Assembly (NCBI GenBank): GCA_021816725.1
Contig: JAKAXD010000001.1
Span: 437,209-501,208 of the forward strand
Direction: 5' to 3'
Length of the DNA: 64,000 nucleotides
From: Thermoplasmata archaeon
Lineage (GTDB): Archaea > Thermoplasmatota > Thermoplasmata > Thermoplasmatales > GCA-001856825
Position 1 is the stretch's first letter. Every line of letters starts with the position of its first letter. Below, piece after piece: positions 54,882-64,000 of this stretch. The notes below the pieces were generated by a model. That model saw nothing but the letters and a program-made list of their open reading frames with translations, did not search any database and was not told the origin of the DNA. Position numbers and translations under genes: made by a program.

Positions 54882-55330
54882 CCTGTCCCGCTTGCTCCTC
54901 AAAGGACTTGGAGCGGGGGACAACCGAGATAGAGGTTCCACACTTCGGAAGTGTTGTAGTATATTACTTGAGATGCAAGAGCTGCGGATACAGGATCAAC
55001 GACTTTGGATTCCAGGGCAATTTCCCTAAAGAGGACAAGGTCGAGATAAAGGGGAAGAAGGACCTGGAGATAAAGATAGTGAGAGGGAGCGGAGGGACTG
55101 TCATCATTCCTGAATTGGGACTGGAACTGTTCCCTGGACCGCTAGCCGAGTCGTTCATAACTAATGTTGAAGGCCTCCTGAACAGGTTCCTCCAGCTGAT
55201 GCCCCTCTTTGAGGATAAGACAAAGGTAGATGAGATTGAATCAAGAATAAACGAGGCAATTGAAGGCAGGTTGAAATTTTCCATTTCAATCAGCGATCCG
55301 TCCGGTGTATCCCATTTCGTGAGTGACTGA
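54863..55330 (+). CDS. ZPR1-type zinc finger protein
   Basis: CPACSS..(24 aa)..CKSCGY zinc ribbon followed by a beta-rich domain. Size is typical of archaeal ZPR1-like proteins. Confidence 0.65.
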   Translation: MDESDLTCPACSSKDLERGTTEIEVPHFGSVVVYYLRCKSCGYRINDFGFQGNFPKEDKVEIKGKKDLEIKIVRGSGGTVIIPELGLELFPGPLAESFITNVEGLLNRFLQLMPLFEDKTKVDEIESRINEAIEGRLKFSISISDPSGVSHFVSD

Positions 55331-55964
55331 CAATCCTGTAACTGGTAATCTTAAGATTTTTCTGGATACCTCTATCTATAATTTCCGATCCAATGATCTC
55401 AATGCTCTCTGATGCGAATGGCGAGCCGGTAACCAGGGTTTCGTATTCCCCTCCCTCCCCTACGATTGAAATTCCAAACTTCCTATTGACGGCCTTCAGC
55501 TTCTCCAGGGATTCCTCGGTTATTGACGTGCCAAGGAAATCCTCCCCCAGGCCTTCAGCTGCCACTGAAACGAAAATGGCCCTTGAGCCGGAGGAAATGA
55601 AGTCACGGATTATTGATTCCTGTTCTTTCCTCCACAGGGGAAAGAATGTCTTTAGTCCATATTCCTGGCAAATCCCCTCAAGCCTTGTCTTTTGAAACTC
55701 AGATTCCACTGCACCTGCTACCAGGAAGTAACCTTGGAATTTTGATAATGTTTCCTCAAAACTGGATTCGTCTATAAGGGAGTTGCTTATCCCCATGATA
55801 TCAGATAGCTTACTCCCGAGTTCCACATTCGGGAAATGGAACATGAACGAGTCTTGTTCGGCCTTGACAGTAATGGTCCTTTCAACATCCATGCCTATCG
55901 ATAAAGCTATGAGGAGGCTAAGGAAGGAATCCTTCCCTCCTGACAGCAGGGAGACGGCTTTCAT
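55290..55964 (-). CDS. diphthine--ammonia ligase-like PP-loop ATPase (MJ0570/DUF71 family)
   Basis: MKAVSLLSGGKDS PP-loop and the GGEYETLV block. 224 aa. Confidence 0.75.
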   Translation of the reverse strand: MKAVSLLSGGKDSFLSLLIALSIGMDVERTITVKAEQDSFMFHFPNVELGSKLSDIMGISNSLIDESSFEETLSKFQGYFLVAGAVESEFQKTRLEGICQEYGLKTFFPLWRKEQESIIRDFISSGSRAIFVSVAAEGLGEDFLGTSITEESLEKLKAVNRKFGISIVGEGGEYETLVTGSPFASESIEIIGSEIIDRGIQKNLKITSYRIVSHSRNGIHRTDR

Positions 55965-57079
55965 ATCCTGTTCTTGTTGCTTGAAACTGTTACACCCATT
56001 TTCTCCAAGAATCTGATTATTTCGTTGAAGTTGTTCTCGTTGATACCTACAATTTCAGGCGGGATTATTCCCTTTTCCTTGATTGCACCCTTGAGCATCA
56101 GCCTGGTTATAGCTGCATTTGTGAAGCCGGTGGTCCTTGTCATTGCCGTGAAACCAGTCTTCTCGTCCTCCTTGTCAGAGACCGTATAAACAATCTCCTC
56201 TTTCCCCCTTGCTGGCGTGACACGGATCTCCATGTAAAGGATGTCCCTTACATCTGGGAAGCTAAGATTTTTCAGGAAGAGGGAGGCAAGCAGCTCCTTT
56301 GGAACAACTTTCACCCCGTTAACGTCGGTCGTTGTTTCATCCAGCAGCCCAAGATCCTTGAGGAAATTCATCTTCTCAATGTGACCTCTGTATCTGACGG
56401 TCTTTTCCACCATGTTGCTAGCCTTGATGTTCCTGAGCAGAGACCTGAGACCGTTCGTATAGAATGCCTCAAGTGAACCGAGTCCATTGACGAAGAAATA
56501 CTCCAGCCCTTCACCAGGTTCTGTCTCGGTGATCTTCCCATTCTTTAGTATCTTCACCTTCCTTGTGAATTCATCCAGGGTATCTATCGGAGAAAAGAGA
56601 ACCTTGTACCCTATTGGTGGAATGTCCTTCTCGGGCAGGCCACCGACCTTGATATCAACGTTTTCGAGTTGGGGGTAATCGGCTGCTATTCTTCCAACAA
56701 TCACGTTTGATAATCCCGGCGCTATGCCAGCATCAGGTACCACTGTTATGCCAGATTGCAGAGCATCCTTTTCTAGAGCATAGAAATCTTCCTCCATGAA
56801 GCTATTATCCACAAGATCAACTCCTGCCTTGCAGGCTTCCCGTATGACCTTCATTCCCAGCCTTCCAGGCAGTGCTCCAGAAACGACATCAAAATCTTTC
56901 ATGACTGGCGCAAGCTGGTCTTTGACTGCATCTACCTTCAGTACGTCCACTCCAAGATCTTTCTTAAGTCGTTGAAGTTTCTCAGAGCTATAATCGGCTA
57001 TAGTAATATCACTTTCACTCTTCAGTGCATAGGCTATTCCCTGACCGACCATGCCCCCTCCGAGAACAAGAACTCTCAC
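55961..57079 (-). CDS. saccharopine dehydrogenase family NAD(P)-binding oxidoreductase
   Basis: Rossmann N-terminus MRVLVLGGGMVGQGIA, followed by GIAPGLSN and the C-terminal Sacchrp_dh layout. Confidence 0.7.
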   Translation of the reverse strand: MRVLVLGGGMVGQGIAYALKSESDITIADYSSEKLQRLKKDLGVDVLKVDAVKDQLAPVMKDFDVVSGALPGRLGMKVIREACKAGVDLVDNSFMEEDFYALEKDALQSGITVVPDAGIAPGLSNVIVGRIAADYPQLENVDIKVGGLPEKDIPPIGYKVLFSPIDTLDEFTRKVKILKNGKITETEPGEGLEYFFVNGLGSLEAFYTNGLRSLLRNIKASNMVEKTVRYRGHIEKMNFLKDLGLLDETTTDVNGVKVVPKELLASLFLKNLSFPDVRDILYMEIRVTPARGKEEIVYTVSDKEDEKTGFTAMTRTTGFTNAAITRLMLKGAIKEKGIIPPEIVGINENNFNEIIRFLEKMGVTVSSNKNRI

Positions 57080-57255
57080 TTTATCACCTCCTGATGATAA
57101 GATATACAGATTAATTTTTTTCCAGGCCCCGGAACAATGAAAAGCTTTGCCAGTTACGAAAAATTTCTGGAAAAATCAGCTCAAACGCCCCCAGATTGGA
57201 AATATATCGAGCCTCATGCACGCAAATCAGTTAAATTCAAGAAAGCCATTAGGGA

Positions 57256-58941
57256 TTGTTGAGATTCGATCTTGTCCTCATGCATCCCCCCTCCATATAT
57301 GACTTCAGGAAGAGGGATATCGTCGCTGGACCAATATCCGAGCTTGTACCCAGCACAGGGGTGTTTGAGATGTACCCAATCGGTTTTCTTGCCATGCTGT
57401 CCTACCTAAACACCAGAGGGTACAGGGCGAGGATAGATAACATAGCGCTGAAGATGCTCAGCTCTAAGAGATACAGCTTCAATGAGGAAATACTGAAGCT
57501 CGACACTGAGTACATCGGCATCGACCTTCACTGGCTGCCTCACGTCCACGGTGCCCTGAGCCTTGCCCGCATAATAAAGGAGGAGAGGCCAGATATAAAG
57601 GTCATGCTCGGCGGATTCTCTGCTACCTACTACGCAACTGAAATTATGTCCAAAATCAAGGATGTGGACCTTGTTATCAGGGGGGACACAACCGAAAAAC
57701 CGATGGAAATGGTGATCTCTGGAAAGAATATGGAAGACATACCAAACACGATTTACAGATCGGAAGGGAAGGTGAAGGATAACGGATTTACTTTCACACC
57801 AGACATGGACTACCAGGAATTTGATTATTCACAGATAATCAAGAGCTCCATCAAGACCATGGACATATCGGGACATCTACCTTACTGCGACTGGATGAAG
57901 GAACCAGTCGCAATGGTACTGTCAACTCATGGATGCGCGTTCTCCTGTGGCATCTGCGGGGGGTCCTACTTTGCATTCAAGAACTTCTACCACAGGAACG
58001 GACCTATCTACAGATCCTCCAAGAGAATCGTTGATGACATCATGAGGATAAACGACGACCTTAAGATCCCCGTTTTTGTCGCTGGGGATCTTCTCATGAG
58101 GTCGGAGAAGGAGATAGATTACATCTTTGACAACCTAAAGAAAGAGGGGATGGACGTCCCCCTCCTGATGGAAGTATTTGTACCGCATCCTAGGGAGAGA
58201 ATTAACAAGCTGATGCGGGCAACATCCGATGTTTCCATGGAAATATCGCCGGACTCGTCGAACGATAATATAAGATTCCGCAACGGTAGGCCCTACAAGA
58301 ACAGGGAGCTTGAAAAATTCGTCTCTGATTTCATGGACCTTGGAGGAAAGAAAATAGACGTGTACTTCATGGTTGGCCTAAGTGGCCAGAAAAGGGAAGA
58401 CGTGCTGGATGACGTGAAATACTCAAAGCATTTGATGGAGTCAAACAAGAATGACGAAAGATTGTTCATATTTACATCTCCGCTCTCACCGTTCCTGGAC
58501 CCAGGATCAATGTCATTTGAAACACCTTCTAAAGGCTACAAACTGAGGTTCAGGACATTGCTTGAACATTACGACGCACTTGACAAGGGTCGGACTTGGG
58601 AAGACTACCTGAACTATGAAACTAACTGGATGGATAGGCAGACGATAGTCGAGACTACCTATGATGCAATAGATATGCTGCTGAAGGAAAAAGAGGAACT
58701 TGGGTACATAGATAAGGAAGAATACGAGAGGTCTCACCACGTCCTGGAGACAAGCAGACTTGCAGTGAAACTTTCCAGGGCCGGAGATTATGGGATGATG
58801 TCAAAGGGAGAGGCACTCATAAGGAACTGCTCCGGGAAATATACAGTTCTAAAGAAGCAGATTATGTGGGGCTCGCCTTCAATGGGAGAAAAGAAACTTA
58901 TCTTCATGATCTATAGGTATCTCCATTCGTCCAGGAAATAA
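57256..58941 (+). CDS. B12-binding-domain radical SAM protein
   Basis: N-terminal Rossmann-like region (DLVLMHPPS..GFLAMLSYL..VMLGG). Radical SAM cluster motif CAFSCGICGG (CxxxCxxC). 561 aa with a TTG start. Confidence 0.8.
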   Translation: MLRFDLVLMHPPSIYDFRKRDIVAGPISELVPSTGVFEMYPIGFLAMLSYLNTRGYRARIDNIALKMLSSKRYSFNEEILKLDTEYIGIDLHWLPHVHGALSLARIIKEERPDIKVMLGGFSATYYATEIMSKIKDVDLVIRGDTTEKPMEMVISGKNMEDIPNTIYRSEGKVKDNGFTFTPDMDYQEFDYSQIIKSSIKTMDISGHLPYCDWMKEPVAMVLSTHGCAFSCGICGGSYFAFKNFYHRNGPIYRSSKRIVDDIMRINDDLKIPVFVAGDLLMRSEKEIDYIFDNLKKEGMDVPLLMEVFVPHPRERINKLMRATSDVSMEISPDSSNDNIRFRNGRPYKNRELEKFVSDFMDLGGKKIDVYFMVGLSGQKREDVLDDVKYSKHLMESNKNDERLFIFTSPLSPFLDPGSMSFETPSKGYKLRFRTLLEHYDALDKGRTWEDYLNYETNWMDRQTIVETTYDAIDMLLKEKEELGYIDKEEYERSHHVLETSRLAVKLSRAGDYGMMSKGEALIRNCSGKYTVLKKQIMWGSPSMGEKKLIFMIYRYLHSSRK

Positions 58942-59011
58942 TGGATGAAAATTTGCGTTAAGGAATAAATCAGAAAATATAATTATGGGTCTAACTGATT
59001 AACCTTGGAAA

Positions 59012-59848
59012 ATGAAGGTATGGGATTTTATAAAGGGACTAAAGGCACCGATATACTTCACCAGCATAAGCCCAGTTCTTATAGGATGGGCATTTTCCAA
59101 TTTTAAATCATCCTACCTCGTCCCCCTTCTCCTTGTGGTCACAATGTCCATGCAGGCGGGTATGAATCTCGCAATGGATTACTTCGACCACTCAAACTCA
59201 AGACCTTTGAGGAACGATGATACTGTATACCCGCTTGGTTCGTATTTCATAGAGAAACTTGGAGTCAGACCAAAGACCATAAGATACGGCTTTCTTGCAA
59301 TGATGACAACAGCAGTGGTCGTAGGACTGCTGGTTGTGTACCTGACCAGGAGCATCCTGCTGTTATCCCTTGGGCTAACAGCCGTATTTCTTTCGCTGCT
59401 TTACGTCATACCACCAATAAAACTTGGGGCCAGAGGTATAGGAGAGATTGCGACATTTTTCTCCTTCGGACCATTTCCCGTCCTCGGCACAATTATCGCC
59501 TTGGGTTACAGCGTTGGACCTGATGCAATACTTGTTTCCCTAAGCCTGGGTCTCCTGGCTTCGTCCATCAGGTACCTCCATCATCTTCCGGAGGACAAAG
59601 AAGGGGGAAGGAGGGTAAGGATGTTCAAGATAGTTTACCCCATAATGATAATAACCGCTGCAATCATGATTTCAGTAGAGAGGAGCTTTGAGATCGCCTC
59701 CATCGTAGTATTTGTAGCTTCCTTGATCCACGTAGCCTTCCTTCCAAGGTCAGCAATTAGGATTGCGAGACAGACCAACTATTCCGTCGCACTGCACTTT
59801 CTCTTCACTGTAGCTGTGGTTGTCACCTTGCTTTTATTGGGCAGATAG
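59012..59848 (+). CDS. menA: UbiA-family prenyltransferase, MenA-like (1,4-dihydroxy-2-naphthoate polyprenyltransferase)
   Basis: About 8 TM helices. First Asp-rich motif NLAMDYFD. PPIKLGARGIGEIATFFSFGPFPVLGT parallels the MenA block GP.PLGY.GLGE..VF.FFG. Second motif region HHLPEDKEGG. Confidence 0.65.
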   Translation: MKVWDFIKGLKAPIYFTSISPVLIGWAFSNFKSSYLVPLLLVVTMSMQAGMNLAMDYFDHSNSRPLRNDDTVYPLGSYFIEKLGVRPKTIRYGFLAMMTTAVVVGLLVVYLTRSILLLSLGLTAVFLSLLYVIPPIKLGARGIGEIATFFSFGPFPVLGTIIALGYSVGPDAILVSLSLGLLASSIRYLHHLPEDKEGGRRVRMFKIVYPIMIITAAIMISVERSFEIASIVVFVASLIHVAFLPRSAIRIARQTNYSVALHFLFTVAVVVTLLLLGR

Positions 59849-59852
59849 GCAA

Positions 59853-60509
59853 TCAGGAAACTGTGGTTCCCCTGAATTTCCTTCCCTCTATAGCATTAAA
59901 AGCATTGGATGTATCCCTGAAAGATACCATCTTTATCTTGATATTGCTTCTCCTGGCTATGTTTATTGAAAGGATGTCAAGAGGGAAATTTTCTCCGGCT
60001 CCTCTCTTTTCGGATGCTATCATCTTTATTGCAGAAGAGTAGGATATCCTCTCAATCTTCTTTGCCCCTTTGACCTTGGGGTCTCTATCGTATAGATAGT
60101 CAACATTCGTTACGTTGACAACCGTGTCCCTGTTCAGGGCTTCTGCAAGGAGGAGCGTTACTGCGTCAGTCGTATGACCAGGTTCCGTCCCGCCCATTAT
60201 AACTCGTTTATTAAGGTTCATCTGCCTGACCGCTTCATCTATGGACTTCGGAACTTCCATGAGGTTTCCAAGTGCAAGTGAAACCATTGTTGCGTTCAAT
60301 CGCGTTGCCTGTATTCCCATCATGTCCAAGTAATACTCCTTCGCCCCCATCTTCCTGAGGATAGATATTTCGTCCCTTGCGATGGGCCCTCCACCTACGA
60401 CAAGCGCGTATCCTTCTTCCTTTCTCATTCTTCCTATGAAATCCAGGAGATGCTTTTCATCAGTCTTTGAGAAGATAGAACCGCCCAAACTGATAACCGG
60501 CCCGCTCAC
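59853..60509 (-). CDS. pyrH: UMP kinase (archaeal type)
   Basis: ISLGGSIF, VVGGGPIAR, GGTEPGHTTD, and VDYLYDRDP. Confidence 0.9.
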   Translation of the reverse strand: MSGPVISLGGSIFSKTDEKHLLDFIGRMRKEEGYALVVGGGPIARDEISILRKMGAKEYYLDMMGIQATRLNATMVSLALGNLMEVPKSIDEAVRQMNLNKRVIMGGTEPGHTTDAVTLLLAEALNRDTVVNVTNVDYLYDRDPKVKGAKKIERISYSSAIKMIASEKRGAGENFPLDILSINIARRSNIKIKMVSFRDTSNAFNAIEGRKFRGTTVS

Positions 60510-60550
60510 AACTCAATAAGATATAATAGAATAAAAACTTTCATGAATGA

Positions 60551-61201
60551 ATGCCAGAAGTTGAAAAAGTAAAGGCGGTATTCAAGGAAATACCTTCCAT
60601 TTACGACAAGATGAATACCTACATGTCACTAGGCATGGATGTCTTCTGGCGGCTGACCCTTCTGAGGATGATTCCACGTGGAGCGAAGATACTTGATGTG
60701 GGAACTGGGACGGGAAAGCTTGAAAGCCTTGCAGAATTCAAGAGGGATTTCGTAGGACTCGACGTAACGAGGGAGATGATGGCCCTGAACAGGAACAAGG
60801 GAAAATTGCTCCTCGCATCTGCCACGCAGATGCCGATAAAGGATAGAACTTTCGATGCCATCGTTTCTTCTTTCGTGTTAAGGAACCTTCCTTCCACACA
60901 GAGCTATTTTAGTGAGGGATTCAGGACACTAAAAGAGGGCGGGATAATGGCAAACCTGGACGCTTTCCCAGAAAGGAGGAAAATCGTTTCAAGCTTCTTT
61001 TCACTGTACTTTTATAGAATACTTCCAGCGGTGGCGAGGTTTGTTTCATCGTCTGATTCCTATATATACTTATCCAGTACCGTCAAGAATTTCAAGACGC
61101 CGGAGATTGTTGCCGACGAGATGAAGACTGCAGGGTTCAGGGACGTAAATATTAGGAGATTTGCCTCTCCTTCTGCTGCTATTGTATATGGAAGGAAGTG
61201 A
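60551..61201 (+). CDS. UbiE/MenG/COQ5-family SAM-dependent methyltransferase (demethylmenaquinone methyltransferase-like)
   Basis: YDKMNTYMSLGMDVFWR parallels UbiE YDLMNDLMSFGIHRLWR. SAM motif I ILDVGTGTG, then FVLRN. Confidence 0.75.
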   Translation: MPEVEKVKAVFKEIPSIYDKMNTYMSLGMDVFWRLTLLRMIPRGAKILDVGTGTGKLESLAEFKRDFVGLDVTREMMALNRNKGKLLLASATQMPIKDRTFDAIVSSFVLRNLPSTQSYFSEGFRTLKEGGIMANLDAFPERRKIVSSFFSLYFYRILPAVARFVSSSDSYIYLSSTVKNFKTPEIVADEMKTAGFRDVNIRRFASPSAAIVYGRK

Positions 61202-61257
61202 CAATTTCCCATCAAAGCACGCCGCAACGTATTAATTGATAGAACTGTTCTGAAATC

Positions 61258-61431
61258 ATGAAAAAGGATCTTCTTGACATCATCTGCTGTCCGGTATGCA
61301 AGGAAGACCTTACCTTGAAGATTGAAAGGGTTGAAGGGGATGAGATAGTAACCGGCGTTTTGGAATGTGTGAAATGCCACAACAAGTACCCGATCGAAGA
61401 AGGGATACCTAACCTCCTTCCTCCAGAATGA
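61258..61431 (+). CDS. trm112: Trm112-family small zinc-ribbon protein
   Basis: Not in the ORF track (57 aa). My translation is MKKDLLDIICCPVCKEDLTLKIERVEGDEIVTGVLECVKCHNKYPIEEGIPNLLPPE. CPxC..CxxC plus YPI..GIPNLL is the Trm112 signature. ATGA overlap with the next gene. Confidence 0.85.
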   Translation: MKKDLLDIICCPVCKEDLTLKIERVEGDEIVTGVLECVKCHNKYPIEEGIPNLLPPE

Positions 61432-62657
61432 TAAACATTGATGAAGAGTTAAGGGGCATTCCTGTCAGCTTGTGCATCAGGTGCAAGGGTGCAAAGCTGT
61501 TATGTGGCAAGACCACGTGCCCTATAGTATCGAAGGTTTACATTGCCCAGGGGATAAAGGTAGACGTAAACAGCGTGTCTGGCGAGAGCCCGCCGTCAAT
61601 ATTCGTAGGCCATCATGGATACCCGAAGGTGCGCATCGGACCTGCACTTCCCCCAAGAAGGGGGGATACTGAAATATACGAAAGACCGGATCTCTGGGGA
61701 AAGATGACAGTCGATGATATAGCAAGGATGCGTTTTTCCCTTTATAGGGGTTACAAGGTCCTTCCCATTTCTTCCCCGACGGATCCGAACAATTACCTTC
61801 TCGAACTCCATGACTTGATACTCTCTGCAAAGCCGGTGTTCAGCGAGATAGAATATTCCTCTACTGAAAGGAAGATAGATTTTTCGGCTGAATCACAACC
61901 GTTCGGACCTGGTGGATACGCAAAGAGCTTTTATCATGAGAGCTCCCCATCTCATCCGTCTGTTGAGAAAATATACTATGATACAGACCTGAAAACGGTC
62001 GATGCCCTTGAATTGCTATACCCAGAAACTTCCATTTACACTATAGAAAAATTATTTTCAGCTGGAATGTTGGGAAAGACCAGGGGCAGGAAAATAGTAC
62101 CTACAAGGTGGTCTATAACTGCAGTGGATAAGATACTGTCGGATCAGATGATACAACTTGTCAGGAACTTTAGCGAAGTTGAAGGGTACATGTATTTCCA
62201 TTTCAGGCGGATTGGGAATGAATATTACGTTCTCATTAGCCCGGGTGACTATTCGTTCGAGATGATAGAGAACTGGAACAATGGTTCAATCTGGACAGGC
62301 CCAAGGGAGGCAGGCGCAGAGGGAGATTACGAGAAGCCAGGCAGAATGGTTACTAATCCAAGGATTGGAGGTGCATTCTTTGCTGCAAAATTGCCAATCC
62401 TCGAATTTCTTAAGGGGAAGGAAAGGAAGGGGAATATTCTGGTCATAAGGTTTATAGATGGTGATTATACGATGCCGTTAGGAGTATGGCAGGTCAGGGA
62501 AAATGTAAAGTCTGCAATGCAGACAGAAAACTACCTGGATGATATCGACCAATTCTTTGAGATTATAAAGATCAGGAGGAATAAGGACTTGAGGCATTAT
62601 AGCAGAACATACCAAATGATTAAGCTTCAAAGGAAGATAAGTGATTACGTGATGTAG
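61428..62657 (+). CDS. Nre-family archaeal DNA repair protein (DUF650/DUF651, NreA-like)
   Basis: N-terminal CIRCKGAKLLCGKTTCPI zinc motif and PPSIFVGHHGYPKV. 409 aa. C-terminal QRKISDYVM is PIP-box-like. Confidence 0.75.
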   Translation: MINIDEELRGIPVSLCIRCKGAKLLCGKTTCPIVSKVYIAQGIKVDVNSVSGESPPSIFVGHHGYPKVRIGPALPPRRGDTEIYERPDLWGKMTVDDIARMRFSLYRGYKVLPISSPTDPNNYLLELHDLILSAKPVFSEIEYSSTERKIDFSAESQPFGPGGYAKSFYHESSPSHPSVEKIYYDTDLKTVDALELLYPETSIYTIEKLFSAGMLGKTRGRKIVPTRWSITAVDKILSDQMIQLVRNFSEVEGYMYFHFRRIGNEYYVLISPGDYSFEMIENWNNGSIWTGPREAGAEGDYEKPGRMVTNPRIGGAFFAAKLPILEFLKGKERKGNILVIRFIDGDYTMPLGVWQVRENVKSAMQTENYLDDIDQFFEIIKIRRNKDLRHYSRTYQMIKLQRKISDYVM

Positions 62658-63428
62658 ATGGTGTTACAAAGAACGTATCTGATTCCTCACGGGGATGAGA
62701 TCCTTTCATTCCCTAATCCGGAAAGCAGGATAATGAACAAGGCCATCACTAATGCTACAAAAGATGATTCATCACAAACTATCCTGATAATAAGCCCGCA
62801 CTTTCTCAGAATCCCGAATGGCATTCCGGTAATAAACACACAGTATCTTGCTGGCAAATATACGATTGGCAAGAATATTCTAAAGGGAGGATTTGAGACG
62901 GACAGGGAACTGAATTCTCACTTGTTCAAGGCATCAAGGTATTTCATGGAGACGGGTTTTGTTACCACAGAGGGCGAACTTTCAACATTTCCAATTGATT
63001 TCGGAAGTCTCATCCCACTTACATTCTTCTGCAAGAAGAATGTGTCTATACTGGGTCAATGGAGAACCACAAGAAGGGAATTACTCATAGAGCTTGGTGC
63101 GAAGATGTACGATGTTGTATCAAAGGTTGATAAGGAGGTATCCGTGGTGTTCAGTGCAGATCAAGCACATACGCATTCAAAGGTTGGTCCGTACGGTTTC
63201 AGCTTGAAAGCAAAGAAGTACGATAACATAGTCATCAATGCCATTAAGAAGAACAGATTTAACGAACTCATAGAGTTGGATGAGGATTACATAAAGGAAG
63301 CGAAACCTGACAGCTACTGGAACTTGCTGATGTTCCATGGATTTATCAAGCGTGGAAATTTGCGTCCCGAGTTTCACTATTACTATCTCCAGGAATATTT
63401 CGGTATGTTGTTTGCAACTGCCAAGTAG
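62658..63428 (+). CDS. LigB/MEMO-like class III extradiol dioxygenase subunit-B family protein
   Basis: LIPHGDEI near the N-terminus, IISPHF, and VVFSADQAHTH metal-site-like blocks. Starts directly after the nre stop. Confidence 0.5.
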   Translation: MVLQRTYLIPHGDEILSFPNPESRIMNKAITNATKDDSSQTILIISPHFLRIPNGIPVINTQYLAGKYTIGKNILKGGFETDRELNSHLFKASRYFMETGFVTTEGELSTFPIDFGSLIPLTFFCKKNVSILGQWRTTRRELLIELGAKMYDVVSKVDKEVSVVFSADQAHTHSKVGPYGFSLKAKKYDNIVINAIKKNRFNELIELDEDYIKEAKPDSYWNLLMFHGFIKRGNLRPEFHYYYLQEYFGMLFATAK

Positions 63429-63467
63429 AAAAGAAAAAATTATTATTTACGCAATACTGACGATTAA

Positions 63468-63540
63468 GGGCTCGTGGTCTAGCGGCTATGACGTCTCCCT
63501 GACACGGAGGAGACCACCGGTTCGAATCCGGTCGGGCCCA
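63468..63540 (+). tRNA. tRNA-Val (anticodon GAC)
   Basis: Acceptor GGGCTCG/CGGGCCC, anticodon stem TCTCC/GGAGG with loop CT-GAC-AC, T arm ACCGG-TTCGAAT-CCGGT, discriminator A. 73 nt with no intron. Confidence 0.9.
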
Positions 63541-63731
63541 TAACCCTAGGGGGGTAGAATCCTCTCTAACCCATGAGGAGAGTTCATAGATTAGTTAAAA
63601 TGAGATGAATTCGATTTCTGACCTTTCGAAATCTCGCATCTTGTTTGCAATGTGCTGAAGTGCACATTAGACTGACCTATTCCAAGATATGGAAAGATTT
63701 AAGTCAGCTCAATAACTGTATTTCTTGTAAA

Positions 63732-64000
63732 ATGGATGAAAAAACCAAAATATTATCAGAGCAAATGGAAGAAGAACTTCTAAACGCTTCTAAGGACGCG
63801 ATTGAATGTATAATGATGTCGGCCTATCTTAACGATTTCGAAACCAGCATTGGATTGGGGGGTGTAGGAACTGGTGTTCTAACAGGTATCTTCGTTGGCC
63901 TGGCTATCCCAACCGTAGGAGCCAGCATAATTGTTGGAGCTATACTTGACGCTATCATAGGGGTATCTGCATATGTTATGGGGAGTGCCATGCAGACAGT
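63732..64000 (+). CDS. hypothetical membrane protein, 3'-truncated by window end
   Basis: An ATG at 63732 opens a frame to the window end: MDEKTKILSEQMEEELL..., then a Gly-rich TM segment (GLGGVGTGVLTGIFVGLAIPTVGASIIVGAILDAIIGV). Confidence 0.4.
   Translation, partial: MDEKTKILSEQMEEELLNASKDAIECIMMSAYLNDFETSIGLGGVGTGVLTGIFVGLAIPTVGASIIVGAILDAIIGVSAYVMGSAMQT

Noticed and set aside
63337-63543. A 68-aa plus-strand ORF.
   Set aside because: It overlaps the 3' end of the LigB-like CDS in another frame and reads through tRNA-Val (63468-63540). It is not a gene.
1-64000. A search for CRISPR arrays, rRNA genes, large tandem or dispersed repeats, and inteins in PolD and other replication proteins.
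   Set aside because: No regularly spaced direct repeats, no rRNA-like sequence and no intein-type insertions (protein lengths and motif spacing are normal) were seen by visual inspection. A computational repeat scan would be needed to exclude short or degenerate repeats.

Overview
The window is compact (about 90% coding) archaeal chromosome, most likely from a Thermoplasmatales-like euryarchaeon. Supporting markers are the PolD large subunit, a thermopsin-like protease, GTP-dependent dephospho-CoA kinase, IPK plus type-2 IDI, an intron-containing tRNA-Tyr with a C1-G72 pair, and a TPP riboswitch.

I support about 70 CDS and 3 tRNAs: Tyr-GTA with intron, Glu-CTC and Val-GAC. I also support one TPP riboswitch in front of a thiamine-type ABC importer and two small genes missing from the ORF track (rps27ae and Trm112). 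There is one probable transposase remnant.

Most content is housekeeping. It covers replication and repair (RNase HII, PolD-L, PCNA, two Orc1/Cdc6 paralogs, NreA-like), FtsZ, MetRS, and the rpoE-spt4-DPCK-S24e-S27ae cluster. It also includes an oxidative-stress cluster, isoprenoid genes and menaquinone genes. No CRISPR array, rRNA or intact mobile element was seen.

The candidates most worth follow-up are:
- a miniaturised AddB/AddA-like nuclease-helicase pair next to tRNA-Glu;
- a degenerate, N-domain-only FtsZ-like protein just downstream of the second Orc1/Cdc6 paralog;
- an orphan HerA-like ATPase translationally coupled to a DUF357-like protein;
- a B12-binding radical SAM gene beside MenA, MenG and Trm112;
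- a perfect ORB-core motif upstream of orc1/cdc6-1.

All functional calls rest on motif recognition by eye. No database search was run.
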